A program made the translations under genes and the position numbers. DNA of 64,000 nucleotides from the NCBI GenBank assembly GCA_963667725.2, contig CAXXHO010000007.1:32001-96000 (forward strand), read 5' to 3'. The notes under the pieces were generated by a model. That model saw nothing but the letters and a program-made list of their open reading frames with translations. It ran no database searches and was not told the DNA's origin. This DNA is from Treponemataceae bacterium (GTDB lineage Bacteria; Spirochaetota; Spirochaetia; Treponematales; Rectinemataceae). This document shows, piece by piece, positions 18,821 through 27,726 of this stretch (positions within the stretch are counted from its first letter, which is position 1; each line of letters begins with the position of its first letter).

Positions 18821-18978
18821 AGGCTAGGAATAATATCAATATTTAAGTACCTAAAGTAAAGCAGCAATACGCTTTGGCATAATTGCGAAAGCAGAATTAG
18901 AATTGTTTCGCATTACGTTTTGACGGTATCATACTATTGGGTAGTAATACGGTAGAATAATCGTGGTGGAGGATAAAT

Positions 18979-19350
18979 ATGAAGTTTTGTTGGGTAACAA
19001 TCAATGTCAAGAATATGCAGGAATCTTTAGAATTTTATAAGGAAGTAGTTGGCCTTAAGGTTTATAGGATGATGAATCCTACGAAAGGAACTGAAATCGT
19101 ATTTTTAGGTGAGGGTGAAACGAAAGTGGAATTAATTAAGAATGATAGAAATATGAATCCAGAATACGGAAGAGATATATCATTAGGATTTGAAGTAGAA
19201 TCTATAGAAAAAGAAATGGAAAGGATAAAGGGCAAAGGAATAATTGAGATACAGGGACCATATCAACCAAGCCCAATGATTAAGTTTATCTATATTACTG
19301 ATCCTAATGGAGTAAAGATCCAATTAGTCGAAAATATACAGAACAAGTAA
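18979..19350 (+). CDS. VOC/glyoxalase family protein (cassette 17)
   Basis: WVTINVKNMQESLEFY, ISLGFEV, YITDPNGVKIQLVE; GGAGG RBS. Confidence 0.9.
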   Translation: MKFCWVTINVKNMQESLEFYKEVVGLKVYRMMNPTKGTEIVFLGEGETKVELIKNDRNMNPEYGRDISLGFEVESIEKEMERIKGKGIIEIQGPYQPSPMIKFIYITDPNGVKIQLVENIQNK

Positions 19351-19359
19351 AAGTGAGCT

Positions 19360-19470
19360 TTCTAACACTCGCTTCAACCTGACTCGGCTATTGTCACAGT
19401 TTGTGCTATCGGGCTGCGCCCGGCACAAACTGCGCCAATGTATGCCTCGCAGGTTAAGCTAATGTTATGT
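19360..19470 (+). repeat. attC 17 (family C)
   Basis: TTCTAAC...GTTATGT. Confidence 0.95.
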
Positions 19471-19534
19471 TGACGCTTCGCGCAGAGGAAATAATAACTG
19501 AATATCAAATTCTACTACTAAAGGAATACTGCTT

Positions 19535-20071
19535 ATGAAAAGTATAAGAATACTATGGGGATTAGTAATATCCCTAATCCTTTTTGGGTGTGAAGTGCCA
19601 ACAGGACTTATCTTAGGAAGTACAAACAATTATGGTAGTGGAGTAGCACAAGATACATTGATTATGAAAGCAGATTCTACAGAAACAAGGATTTCATCAA
19701 TAACGAATGATGAATGCGTACTTAGTAATAATAAAGTAGGCAAACAAGTAAGAAGCATATATATAGGGACCGAGAAGAGTCTTATATTAATAAAAACTAA
19801 TACTAGTAAGAGCCTACTTATTGGAGGGGATCAACCTATAAAAACAACATTTGGGTGGATTCCGGTAAAAGAACTAGAAGTAGGTGCGCTTGTATACTGT
19901 ATAAATGGTCTTGAAATGGTCGTGCAAATAAATGTACAGACATATAATTCTAGAACGTATAATGTAGCATTTGATGAAGAAATAGGGATATATGGGAATG
20001 GGATACTGATAGGGGATTATACTATGATGCGGCGCATGAAATATGACCAAGTAATTTATACTGATCGATAG
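19535..20071 (+). CDS. Lipoprotein with a degenerate Hint (intein-like) domain (cassette 18)
   Basis: Lipobox LFGC; GVAQDTLIMKADS..ISSI..VLS, QPIKT.FGW..VKELEVG, TYNV...YGNGILIGD align by eye with Hint blocks. Confidence 0.65.
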   Translation: MKSIRILWGLVISLILFGCEVPTGLILGSTNNYGSGVAQDTLIMKADSTETRISSITNDECVLSNNKVGKQVRSIYIGTEKSLILIKTNTSKSLLIGGDQPIKTTFGWIPVKELEVGALVYCINGLEMVVQINVQTYNSRTYNVAFDEEIGIYGNGILIGDYTMMRRMKYDQVIYTDR

Positions 20072-20129
20072 GGAAAAAGTAATTAAATATATAAAATACT
20101 TATAGATCAAAGAAAGGAAAGTAGAAGAA

Positions 20130-20243
20130 ACATAACACTCGCTTCAACCCGACTCGGCTACTGTCACGGTTTGTGCAGCTCACTACGTTCGCAAGCCACA
20201 AACCGCGCCAGTTGACGCCTCGCAGGTTAAGCAAATGTTAGAA
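20130..20243 (+). repeat. attC 18 (family C)
   Basis: ACATAAC...GTTAGAA. Confidence 0.95.
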
Positions 20244-20289
20244 GGACGCCTCCGGCGCCGGACCTTAAGAATCTATATTGGAGCGTGTT

Positions 20290-20823
20290 ATGCATATCAA
20301 GAAAATTGTTGGCGACAAATGCTACCTTTCTCCAATTGATCTCGAAGACACTAATCTCTATCTCGAATGGCTCAACTGTGAGGATGTTTATAAATACCTC
20401 CTTGTAGGAACAAGCGTACTTACTTATGAAACCGAGAAAGAAGCCTTGATTAGGCTTTCAAAAGAGCATGTGTATGGCATTATAGATAAAGAAACTGCTA
20501 CTTTAATCGGCAATGTTGGGCTAATGAGTGTCAATCACATTCATAAAACGGCAGAAGTAGGAATCTTCATTGGGAATCAAGACTATTGGGGCAAAGGGTA
20601 TGGGACTGAAGCATTAAGACTTCTTGTAGATTTTGCCTTTAGAATACTAGGGCTCGAGAACATAATGTTGAAGACGTATGATTATAATGTGAGAGCACAA
20701 AAGAGCTATAAGAAAGTAGGGTTTAAAGTGATGGGTGTAAGAAGGAGCTCACACTATTATAATAATGAAAGGCATGATGATATTTATATGGATATAGTAA
20801 AAGAAGACTTTTATAGGCAATAA
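20290..20823 (+). CDS. GNAT acetyltransferase, RimJ/RimL type (cassette 19)
   Basis: AEVGIFIG..YWGKGYGTEA, NVRAQKSYKKVGF. Confidence 0.9.
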   Translation: MHIKKIVGDKCYLSPIDLEDTNLYLEWLNCEDVYKYLLVGTSVLTYETEKEALIRLSKEHVYGIIDKETATLIGNVGLMSVNHIHKTAEVGIFIGNQDYWGKGYGTEALRLLVDFAFRILGLENIMLKTYDYNVRAQKSYKKVGFKVMGVRRSSHYYNNERHDDIYMDIVKEDFYRQ

Positions 20824-20835
20824 GGAAGAGGAAGC

Positions 20836-20949
20836 TTCTAACACTCGCTTCAACCTGACTCGGCTACTGTCACGGTTTGTGCAGCTCACTACGTTCGCAA
20901 GCCACAAACCGCGCCAGTTGACGCCTCGCAGGTTAAGCAAATGTTAGCC
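20836..20949 (+). repeat. attC 19 (family C, internally 1 nt different from attC 18)
   Basis: TTCTAAC...GTTAGCC. Confidence 0.95.
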
Positions 20950-20970
20950 ATATTAAGTTAAAATCAAGGC

Positions 20971-21813
20971 GTGAACATGCAATTTGAACAATTATACAAA
21001 TTATCAAGAAGGCCGAAGCTTTACGAGTTAGGCAACTCAATTATGTGGACGGATCCGTATATATCAAAACAGCTTCTTGAATGTCATCTCAATCCAAATA
21101 ATGATATGGCGAGTAGAAGTAATGATAAAATCAACCTTGTAATAGATTGGATTGAGCAACATACAAATAAAGAAAAAATGGATATTCTTGATCTTGGATG
21201 TGGTCCCGGACTTTATGCAGAAAAGTTCGCAAGCCATGGCCATAAAGTTTCTGGTGTAGACTTTTCAAGCAACTCTATAGCGTATGCGAAAAAAGCTACA
21301 TTGCTGAACAAGACAAATATTAGCTATTACTGTAAGAACTACTTGGATATCGATTTCAAAGAGGCTTTTGATCTAGTTATACTGATCTACCTTGATTTTT
21401 GTGTTCTTAATGTTCATGAACGTAAAGTAGTAATAGAAAATGTATATAGATCACTAAGAGATGGCGGAGTCTTTATATTTGATGTAGTGAATAGCAACAA
21501 CATAGAAGATAAAGTACTAAAACAATCATGGGATATAAGTAAAAAAGGCTTTTGGAGTGATAAGCCATATATTGTCATGAATAATGGCTATAATTATAAA
21601 GATGATAAAGTATTGCTAAACCAGCATATTGTCATTACGGAAGATGAGGCTGTAAAGACATATCATTTCTGGAGCACATATTATGATTATGAAGATATCG
21701 TTCCATCACTAAAAGACAGTCGTTATAAAAGTATTGAAAGTTATAATAACGTGCTTCCAAAGACTGATGCTTGGACAGGAGATAACATTTCATTCTATAT
21801 AGCAAGGAAATAG
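20971..21813 (+). CDS. SAM-dependent methyltransferase, copy of 12118..12960 (cassette 20)
   Basis: One amino-acid difference (I/T). Confidence 0.92.
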   Translation: MNMQFEQLYKLSRRPKLYELGNSIMWTDPYISKQLLECHLNPNNDMASRSNDKINLVIDWIEQHTNKEKMDILDLGCGPGLYAEKFASHGHKVSGVDFSSNSIAYAKKATLLNKTNISYYCKNYLDIDFKEAFDLVILIYLDFCVLNVHERKVVIENVYRSLRDGGVFIFDVVNSNNIEDKVLKQSWDISKKGFWSDKPYIVMNNGYNYKDDKVLLNQHIVITEDEAVKTYHFWSTYYDYEDIVPSLKDSRYKSIESYNNVLPKTDAWTGDNISFYIARK

Positions 21814-21824
21814 TAAAAAGAAAT

Positions 21825-21950
21825 GGCTAACAAATGCTTCAACCTGATAATTGCTTTTGTCACAGTTCTTGCAGTCGCTTCGCTCGGCAAGAACTGCGCC
21901 AATCCTTCGCTTCGCTCAGGCCGCAATTACAGGTTAAGCCAATGTTAGAC
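21825..21950 (+). repeat. attC 20 (family B)
   Basis: GGCTAAC...GTTAGAC. Confidence 0.95.
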
Positions 21951-22026
21951 AGACGCGCTTCGCGCGCGCAAAATAAAGTCATATAGTTTAATAAGTTAAG
22001 TTGAAATAGTAAGTTTTTTAACTTTC

Positions 22027-22063
22027 TTGACAATTTGCTTCAATATGAATACAATTGAAGCAA
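22027..22063 (+). promoter_or_regulatory. TA cassette promoter with operator palindrome
   Basis: TTGACA-17-TACAAT overlapping TTGCTTCAAT-N9-ATTGAAGCAA. Confidence 0.8.
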
Positions 22064-22074
22064 GAGGTGTTTGT

Positions 22075-22308
22075 ATGGCAAAAACTATTACTGTACGGCT
22101 AGAGGAAGCTACTTACGATATATTCAAAAAAGCTGCTGAAGGCCAAAAGAGGACTATATCTAACTATCTCGAGTATGCCGCTCTTAACTTCACTGTTAAT
22201 GAATCCATAGTTGATGATGAAGAAATGAAAGAGATACTTTCCTTTGAGAAAGATCTTAAGAAAGGCCTTAAAGACATTTCCGCAGGAAGGTATAAAGTAA
22301 TTGCCTAA
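22075..22308 (+). CDS. Ribbon-helix-helix (CopG-like) antitoxin (cassette 21)
   Basis: MAKTITVRL..IFKKAAEGQKRTISNYLE; GAGGTG RBS. Confidence 0.82.
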   Translation: MAKTITVRLEEATYDIFKKAAEGQKRTISNYLEYAALNFTVNESIVDDEEMKEILSFEKDLKKGLKDISAGRYKVIA

Positions 22309-22570
22309 ATATAAAATTGCTGAGACTGAGACTTTTGAGAAAAAGATCAATACTCAGAAGTACAAGTTCTTATATAAGAAAATTAGGGAATACATTTATC
22401 CTATATTGAGAGAGAATCCGTACTTTGGGCCAAATATTAAGAAGCTTAAGAGTGAATATAAAGAATTGTATCGGTATAGAATTGGAGACTATAGGCTATT
22501 TTATAAAGTATCTGAAGAAACAGTAATAATATTTATAATTGATATAGAGAATAGAAAAGACGCTTATTAG
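22301..22570 (+). CDS. relE: RelE/ParE family toxin
   Basis: IKKLK..LYRYRIGDYRLFY..I..RKDAY. Confidence 0.88.
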   Translation: MPKYKIAETETFEKKINTQKYKFLYKKIREYIYPILRENPYFGPNIKKLKSEYKELYRYRIGDYRLFYKVSEETVIIFIIDIENRKDAY

Positions 22571-22580
22571 TGAAAAAATT

Positions 22581-22712
22581 GTCTAACAAATGCTTCAACC
22601 TGATAATTGCTTTTGTCACACTTTTTGCAGTCGTCGCTTCGCTCCTTGGCAAAAAGTGCGCCAATCCTTCGCTTCGCTCAAGCCGCAATTACAGGTTAAG
22701 CTAATGTTAGCT
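22581..22712 (+). repeat. attC 21 (family B)
   Basis: GTCTAAC...GTTAGCT. Confidence 0.95.
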
Positions 22713-22743
22713 GGACGCCTCCGGCGCCCCGGAATCGAAGAAT

Positions 22744-22772
22744 TTGACAATCCTTATCGATAGTGTTATAGT
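22744..22772 (+). promoter_or_regulatory. TA cassette promoter
   Basis: TTGACA-17-TATAGT with extended -10 TG. Confidence 0.8.
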
Positions 22773-22790
22773 AAGACATGGGGGCTATCG

Positions 22791-22997
22791 ATGAAAACTA
22801 TCACTATATCAAGCAAATATCAAGTTGTTATACCTAAAGAAATAAGAGAAACTATAGGGCTGCATGTAGGTGCAAAACTTGAGATCATTACCTATGGATC
22901 AAGAATTGAACTTGTCCCTATTCAATCTATGAAGAAACTCAAAGGGGCTTTCAAGGGAATCGATACTAATGTTCAAAGAGAAGAAGACAGAATATGA
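22791..22997 (+). CDS. AbrB/MazE-type antitoxin (cassette 22)
   Basis: ISSKYQVVIPKEIRE..G.KL. Confidence 0.9.
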   Translation: MKTITISSKYQVVIPKEIRETIGLHVGAKLEIITYGSRIELVPIQSMKKLKGAFKGIDTNVQREEDRI

Positions 22998-23368
22998 ACA
23001 TTGTAGATTCATCATGTTGGCTAGAGTATTTTGCAGGAAGCCGTGTAGGAGATGAAGTATCATCAGTTATAGAAGATACGGATCATCTCCTGGTTCCTTC
23101 AATCATTGTCTATGAAGTGTTCAAAAAGCTCATACTTGAATTGGATGAAGATAAGGCAATATATGCAGTAGCCCATATGAAACAAGGGCATATAGTGAAT
23201 CTTGATACTGACTTAGCAATCTACGCAGCAAAAATTGGCAAAGACAATAAGCTTGCTATGGCAGATAGTATAATCTACGCGATAACAAAAAAGTATAATG
23301 CTTTATTATGGACACAAGACAAACACTTCAAGGATTTGAAGTCAATCAAGTATTTTGAAAAGAAATAG
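22994..23368 (+). CDS. vapC: VapC PIN-domain toxin
   Basis: IVDSSCWLEY, YEV, MADSIIYA, WTQDKHF. Confidence 0.92.
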   Translation: MNIVDSSCWLEYFAGSRVGDEVSSVIEDTDHLLVPSIIVYEVFKKLILELDEDKAIYAVAHMKQGHIVNLDTDLAIYAAKIGKDNKLAMADSIIYAITKKYNALLWTQDKHFKDLKSIKYFEKK

Positions 23369-23479
23369 CTAACACCTGCTTCAACCCTATAACGCTATTG
23401 TCACGGTTTGTGCAATTCGCTTCGCTCGCAAGCACAAACCGCGCCAGCTTACGCCTCGCAGGTTAAGCTAATGTTAGGT
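23367..23479 (+). repeat. attC 22 (chimeric arms)
   Basis: AGCTAAC...GTTAGGT. Confidence 0.93.
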
Positions 23480-23520
23480 GGACGCGCTAACGCGCGCGCA
23501 AAATCGCGATCCTGTAAAGC

Positions 23521-23568
23521 TTTACAAATGCTTCAGTGGTGTGTATACTATTACTAGATAGTACACAT
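23521..23568 (+). promoter_or_regulatory. vapBC promoter with operator-like inverted repeat
   Basis: TTTACA-17-TATACT overlapping TGTGTA...TACACA. Confidence 0.72.
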
Positions 23569-23582
23569 TGTGGAGGTTCTGT

Positions 23583-23774
23583 ATGAGAACTAATGTTGTA
23601 ATTGATGATAAATTAATGAATAAGGCAAAGAAGGTCTCTGGCTTGAAAACCAAAAAGGAAACTATTGAAGAGGCTCTTAAGCTTTTGGTAGCTCAAAAGG
23701 AGCAATCAGAGATCAGAAAGCTTCGTGGAAAGCTCAAATGGGAAGGTAACCTTGAAGAGATGAGGCTAGACTGA
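23583..23774 (+). CDS. vapB: VapB-type antitoxin (cassette 23)
   Basis: MRTNVVIDDKLM..TKKETIEEAL..WEGNLEEMR; GGAGG RBS. Confidence 0.9.
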   Translation: MRTNVVIDDKLMNKAKKVSGLKTKKETIEEALKLLVAQKEQSEIRKLRGKLKWEGNLEEMRLD

Positions 23775-24166
23775 TGATAATAGCAGATACTTCAGTCTGG
23801 ATTGATTACGTTCGAGGCATTAAGTCAGAACAGACAGATTTACTCGATTATGAGTTGCTCAATGATAGGGTAGCGACAGGAGATATTATAATTGTTGAGT
23901 TTCTTCAAGGATTTCGAGAAGATAAAGATCTAAAAATAGCAAAAGGGATAATGGATCGACTTGAATACTATGACTTTCTTGGGAGAGAGATGGCTTTTAT
24001 AGTGTCAGAAAACTATAGAAAGTTAAGGAGACATGGAGTAACTGTAAGAAAGACCATAGATGTAATAATCGCAAGCTTTTGTATCGAGAAGGGATTTGAG
24101 CTATTACATAATGATCGAGACTTTGATCCAATGGAAAAGTACTTAGGTTTAAAAGTAAAAAGATAA
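23774..24166 (+). CDS. vapC: VapC PIN-domain toxin
   Basis: IADTSVWIDY, EFLQG, TIDVIIA, HNDRDF. Confidence 0.92.
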   Translation: MIIADTSVWIDYVRGIKSEQTDLLDYELLNDRVATGDIIIVEFLQGFREDKDLKIAKGIMDRLEYYDFLGREMAFIVSENYRKLRRHGVTVRKTIDVIIASFCIEKGFELLHNDRDFDPMEKYLGLKVKR

Positions 24167-24170
24167 AATC

Positions 24171-24292
24171 AGCTAACACCTGCTTCAACCATATAAACCC
24201 TTTGTCATGGTTTGTGCAAGAAAGAAGAGCACAAACCACGCCAAGCCTTCGCTTCGCTCAGGCCGCAATTACAGGTTAAGCTAATGTTAGAT
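24171..24292 (+). repeat. attC 23 (chimeric: family A left, family B right)
   Basis: AGCTAAC...GTTAGAT. Confidence 0.92.
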
Positions 24293-24416
24293 TCACGCTG
24301 CGCGAGCGGAAAAAGATACATGTTAATCTTTTTATTGCCAATGTTAAGTTGATCCTTCAAAAAATAATATCAAGACTAAAAGTTTTTAGAGTCTTTATTT
24401 TAAATAAGGGACAATT

Positions 24417-24914
24417 ATGGAATATTGGGATGTATTGGATTCAAATAGAAATAAAACTGGAAAAGTTATTCTTCGTGGTGAAGCATTCAAAGAGAATGAA
24501 TATCATCTAATTGTACATGTATGGATAAAGAATTCAAAGAATGAATTTGTAATTTCAAAAAGAAAGAAAGATAAATATCCGTACCCTGGGTTATGGGAAT
24601 GTACAGGTGGTTCGGCTGTATCAGGAGATGATAGCTTAGAAACTGCTTTGAAAGAAGTAAAAGAAGAATTAGGAATTGATTTGGATAAAGAAAGAGGAAA
24701 GATCATATATCAATATAAAGGTGATAATGGCTTTAGTCCGCATTTTGTAGATGTATGGGTCTTTAATCAAGAAGTAGATAAAATGGCAATACAATGTCAA
24801 GAATCTGAAGTTGAAGAAGCAAGAATAGCATCACGAGAAGAAGTACTAGAACTTATAAAGGATAATAAGTTCGTACCTGATTGTAGACTATATATAGATA
24901 AGGTAGTTAATTAA
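24417..24914 (+). CDS. NUDIX hydrolase, IDI-like (cassette 24)
   Basis: YHLIVHVWI, PGLWECTGGSAVSGD..ALKEVKEELG. Confidence 0.9.
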   Translation: MEYWDVLDSNRNKTGKVILRGEAFKENEYHLIVHVWIKNSKNEFVISKRKKDKYPYPGLWECTGGSAVSGDDSLETALKEVKEELGIDLDKERGKIIYQYKGDNGFSPHFVDVWVFNQEVDKMAIQCQESEVEEARIASREEVLELIKDNKFVPDCRLYIDKVVN

Positions 24915-24921
24915 AGAGGAA

Positions 24922-25034
24922 ATCTAACACATGCTTCAACCCTATAACGTTATTGTCACGGTTTGTGCAACTCGCTTTGCTCGCAAGCACAAACCGCGCC
25001 AATGTACGCGTTAATGGTTAAGCTAATGTTGGAC
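24922..25034 (+). repeat. attC 24 (family D)
   Basis: ATCTAAC...GTTGGAC. Confidence 0.95.
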
Positions 25035-25067
25035 GGACGCGCTTAACGCGCGCCCTAGGAGCTTGAA

Positions 25068-25616
25068 ATGATCATTAAAGAGTTAAGCCTAATTACAATG
25101 TCTGATTGGTTTGATTTCTTTGATAATCGGGCATTTTTAGATCATGAAGATTGGAATGGCTGCTATTGTACTGCTTTCTATTACCCAAAACCAAAGGAGT
25201 ATGTAAATCTATCAGATAGAAGAAAAGAATATGCCAAATGGCTAATAGAAACGGGCAGGATGAAGGGATACTTGGCATATGATGAAGAGAAAGTAATAGG
25301 CTGGGTAAATGCTAATGAAAAGAAGAACTATCCAAGGCTAGAAGATATCTATGATGCTTCCGAGAAAGTACTATCGATCGTTTGCTTTATAGTTCAAAAA
25401 GAGTACAGAAGAAAAGGTATAGCAAAGCAACTACTAAGTAGAATTGATGAAGATGCAAAAGGAAAAGGATATCTAGTTATAGAGGCATATCCAAAGAAGA
25501 GATCAAAATCAGAATTCGGAATCTGGAATGGTCCCTATGAAATGTATGTTAAGGCAGGATTTAGTGATTATAAAATTGGGAAAGTTAATGTAGTTAGGAA
25601 GTACATAGGCAGTTAA
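25068..25616 (+). CDS. GNAT acetyltransferase (cassette 25)
   Basis: GCYC, IVCFIVQKEYRRKGIA, IEAYP, MYVKAGF. Confidence 0.9.
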   Translation: MIIKELSLITMSDWFDFFDNRAFLDHEDWNGCYCTAFYYPKPKEYVNLSDRRKEYAKWLIETGRMKGYLAYDEEKVIGWVNANEKKNYPRLEDIYDASEKVLSIVCFIVQKEYRRKGIAKQLLSRIDEDAKGKGYLVIEAYPKKRSKSEFGIWNGPYEMYVKAGFSDYKIGKVNVVRKYIGS

Positions 25617-25624
25617 ATAGGGTC

Positions 25625-25758
25625 GTCCAACAACTGCTTCAACCTGATAGTTGCTTTTGAAACACTTTTTGCAGTCGTCGCTTCGCTCCTTGGCAAAAAG
25701 TGCGCCAATCATTCGCTTCGCTCAGGCGCGGATTTAAAAGTTTAAGCTAATGTTAGGC
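25625..25758 (+). repeat. attC 25 (chimeric: family B left, family A right)
   Basis: GTCCAAC...GTTAGGC. Confidence 0.9.
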
Positions 25759-25796
25759 GGACCCTGCTATCGCAGGGCAATCTATAGAGAGTTCAT

Positions 25797-25961
25797 ATGG
25801 GTAAGATAAATAAAGAGTGGCATGAAAAGAATAAGATGCCTCAGAATGCTTCAGATGAGCAAAGAATAGCATGGCATTTAGCTCATTCGCAGAATTGTGC
25901 TTGTAGAAAAATTCCTAAAGGTATAATTAACCTTATGAAAGAAAAGCATTTATCAGTTTAG
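25797..25961 (+). CDS. 54-aa His/Cys-rich small protein (cassette 26, gene 1; below the ORF-track cutoff)
   Basis: MGKINKEWHEKNKMPQNASDEQRIAWHLAHSQNCACRKIPKGIINLMKEKHLSV; fills the gap between attC and the kinase gene. Confidence 0.75.
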   Translation: MGKINKEWHEKNKMPQNASDEQRIAWHLAHSQNCACRKIPKGIINLMKEKHLSV

Positions 25962-25974
25962 AAAGATAATAGAC

Positions 25975-26502
25975 ATGAATAGAAAACCATTATTCTTTAT
26001 CTTCTCTGGATTGCCTGGAGTAGGGAAGACAACGCTTTCTAAAGCTCTTGCTATTCAGTATCATGCAGCTTTCTTTAGAATTGATACCATAGAACATGGT
26101 ATCAAAGAGTTGTGTAACTTTTCTGTACAAAGTGAAGGCTATAGATTAACTGAAAAGATAGTTAAGGATAATCTTCTTATTGGGAGTAATGTTGTTATTG
26201 ATTGCTGTAATCCTTATGAGTTCATACGAAAAGAGTGGAGCGATCTAGGGTTAGAATGTAATGCAGAAAATATAAGAATTGAAATAGTATGTACTGATAA
26301 GAAAGAACATAAAGAGCGAGTAGGGAAACGAGAGAGTGATATACAAGGGTTTGAAGTACCATCATGGGAAGAAGTAGAAGCTAGGGAGTACGAGGCATGG
26401 GAGATTGATGTAATAAGGGTTGAGACATCAGGGAGAAGTGAAGAAGAGAGCATTAAAGAGCTTATAAATATGGTTAAAATGAAGGTAAAAGATTTCGCCT
26501 AA
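25975..26502 (+). CDS. P-loop kinase / AAA_33 family protein (cassette 26)
   Basis: SGLPGVGKTT, VVIDCCNP. Confidence 0.9.
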   Translation: MNRKPLFFIFSGLPGVGKTTLSKALAIQYHAAFFRIDTIEHGIKELCNFSVQSEGYRLTEKIVKDNLLIGSNVVIDCCNPYEFIRKEWSDLGLECNAENIRIEIVCTDKKEHKERVGKRESDIQGFEVPSWEEVEAREYEAWEIDVIRVETSGRSEEESIKELINMVKMKVKDFA

Positions 26503-26603
26503 CAAAAGCTTCAACCTTAAAAATCCTTTGGCATGGTTTGTGCAAGAACTCCCATGCACAAACCGCGCCAATGTACGCGTTAATGGTTAAGCTAATGTTA
26601 GAT
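26497..26603 (+). repeat. attC 26 (chimeric: family A left, family D right)
   Basis: GCCTAAC...GTTAGAT. Confidence 0.92.
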
Positions 26604-26619
26604 TTATTTAGGAGAACAT

Positions 26620-27285
26620 GTGAAGCAAGATGATATATTAGCTCGTGTGAAAGAATTTACGGAAGTGTCTTTTCTCGATCATAGATATTCTTCATTTGAT
26701 TATTGTTACAATTATTTTAGAGAAAATGAAAATAATAAAATTCTTGAAGATATGGAAAAATCATGTGCGATTTTAGGATTCTATTTAGCTAGTTGGGGTA
26801 TGTACCGTGGTTCTAGTTTCCTATTGCAGAAGAGCTATAGATATTTTATTGATTTAGTAAATTATATAGCTAGTGTTGATAGAGCAATATGGAAAATTAA
26901 GCCTGATAAATTCATAGATAAAGAAAGTCAAGAATTGATATTGGAAATATATAAAAAGGTTAAAGAGAATATAATTAAAGATGAAAATCAAGAAAGGGTA
27001 CTTATAACAAAAATAATGCTTGGAGTGTTTGGAGTAATTCCTGCATTTGATACCTATTTTTGTAAAGCTTTTAAAGAGATAGAGCCTAAAACTTCTCGAT
27101 TTACTAAAGTAAATGAAGATTCTCTTAGTGTAATCGGAAGATTCTATATTGAAAATGAATATGATATAGTTAGTTTATCTAAAGAGATAAAAACAAATGA
27201 CTTTATTACCGGAAAAGAAAGATATCAATATACAAATGCAAAAATTATAGATATGTATGGATTTGTAAAAGGAACAAAAATCTAA
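26620..27285 (+). CDS. Conserved hypothetical protein (cassette 27)
   Basis: AGGAG RBS; FYLASWGMYRGSSFLLQK and ITKIMLGVFGVIPAFDTYF blocks; stop in the inverse core. Confidence 0.85.
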   Translation: MKQDDILARVKEFTEVSFLDHRYSSFDYCYNYFRENENNKILEDMEKSCAILGFYLASWGMYRGSSFLLQKSYRYFIDLVNYIASVDRAIWKIKPDKFIDKESQELILEIYKKVKENIIKDENQERVLITKIMLGVFGVIPAFDTYFCKAFKEIEPKTSRFTKVNEDSLSVIGRFYIENEYDIVSLSKEIKTNDFITGKERYQYTNAKIIDMYGFVKGTKI

Positions 27286-27389
27286 CAACTGCTTCAACCT
27301 GATAATATGGCCTATCACGGTTCTTGCAGCGCTCCGCGCTTGGCAAGAACTACGCCAGTCTCATTTTAAAGGTTAAGCGTATGTTAGCC
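27280..27389 (+). repeat. attC 27
   Basis: ATCTAAC...GTTAGCC. Confidence 0.93.
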
Positions 27390-27417
27390 GGACGCAGCTT
27401 CGCTGCGCGGGATCAAA

Positions 27418-27726
27418 TTATAGAATCTGAAGATAGTTGCGCTTACCGTAAATGAATCGATGGATCTGGACTTCGTTTTCAACAATCACATAGAAAAGGA
27501 GAAAGTTATCTATCGGGATCATGTGGTACCCTAGTTGATTCAAGTATGGATCCTTTACTAATGGGTAAATCAAAAGATTGTTTTCTAATCGATCAATGGC
27601 TTCAGAGAACTTGTTGAATAAAGAAGCTGGAGAGGTTTTTAGTATTTGTTCAAAGTATTCTTTAATGTCATAGAGATCATGTTCAGCTGTCGGATAGATG
27701 AGAACAGAATACCTCTGCTTACTCAT
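27418..27726 (-). CDS. ParE/RelE family toxin (cassette 28, inverted)
   Basis: AEHDLYDIKEY..NFLLFYVI..VQIHRFIYGKRNY. Confidence 0.88.
   Translation of the reverse strand: MSKQRYSVLIYPTAEHDLYDIKEYFEQILKTSPASLFNKFSEAIDRLENNLLIYPLVKDPYLNQLGYHMIPIDNFLLFYVIVENEVQIHRFIYGKRNYLQIL

Noticed and set aside
18876..18920. TGCGAAA...TTTCGCA inverted repeat upstream of the VOC gene (similar at ~42322 and ~49426) as a shared operator
   Set aside because: Spacing differs between the three sites and the match is short; insufficient support.
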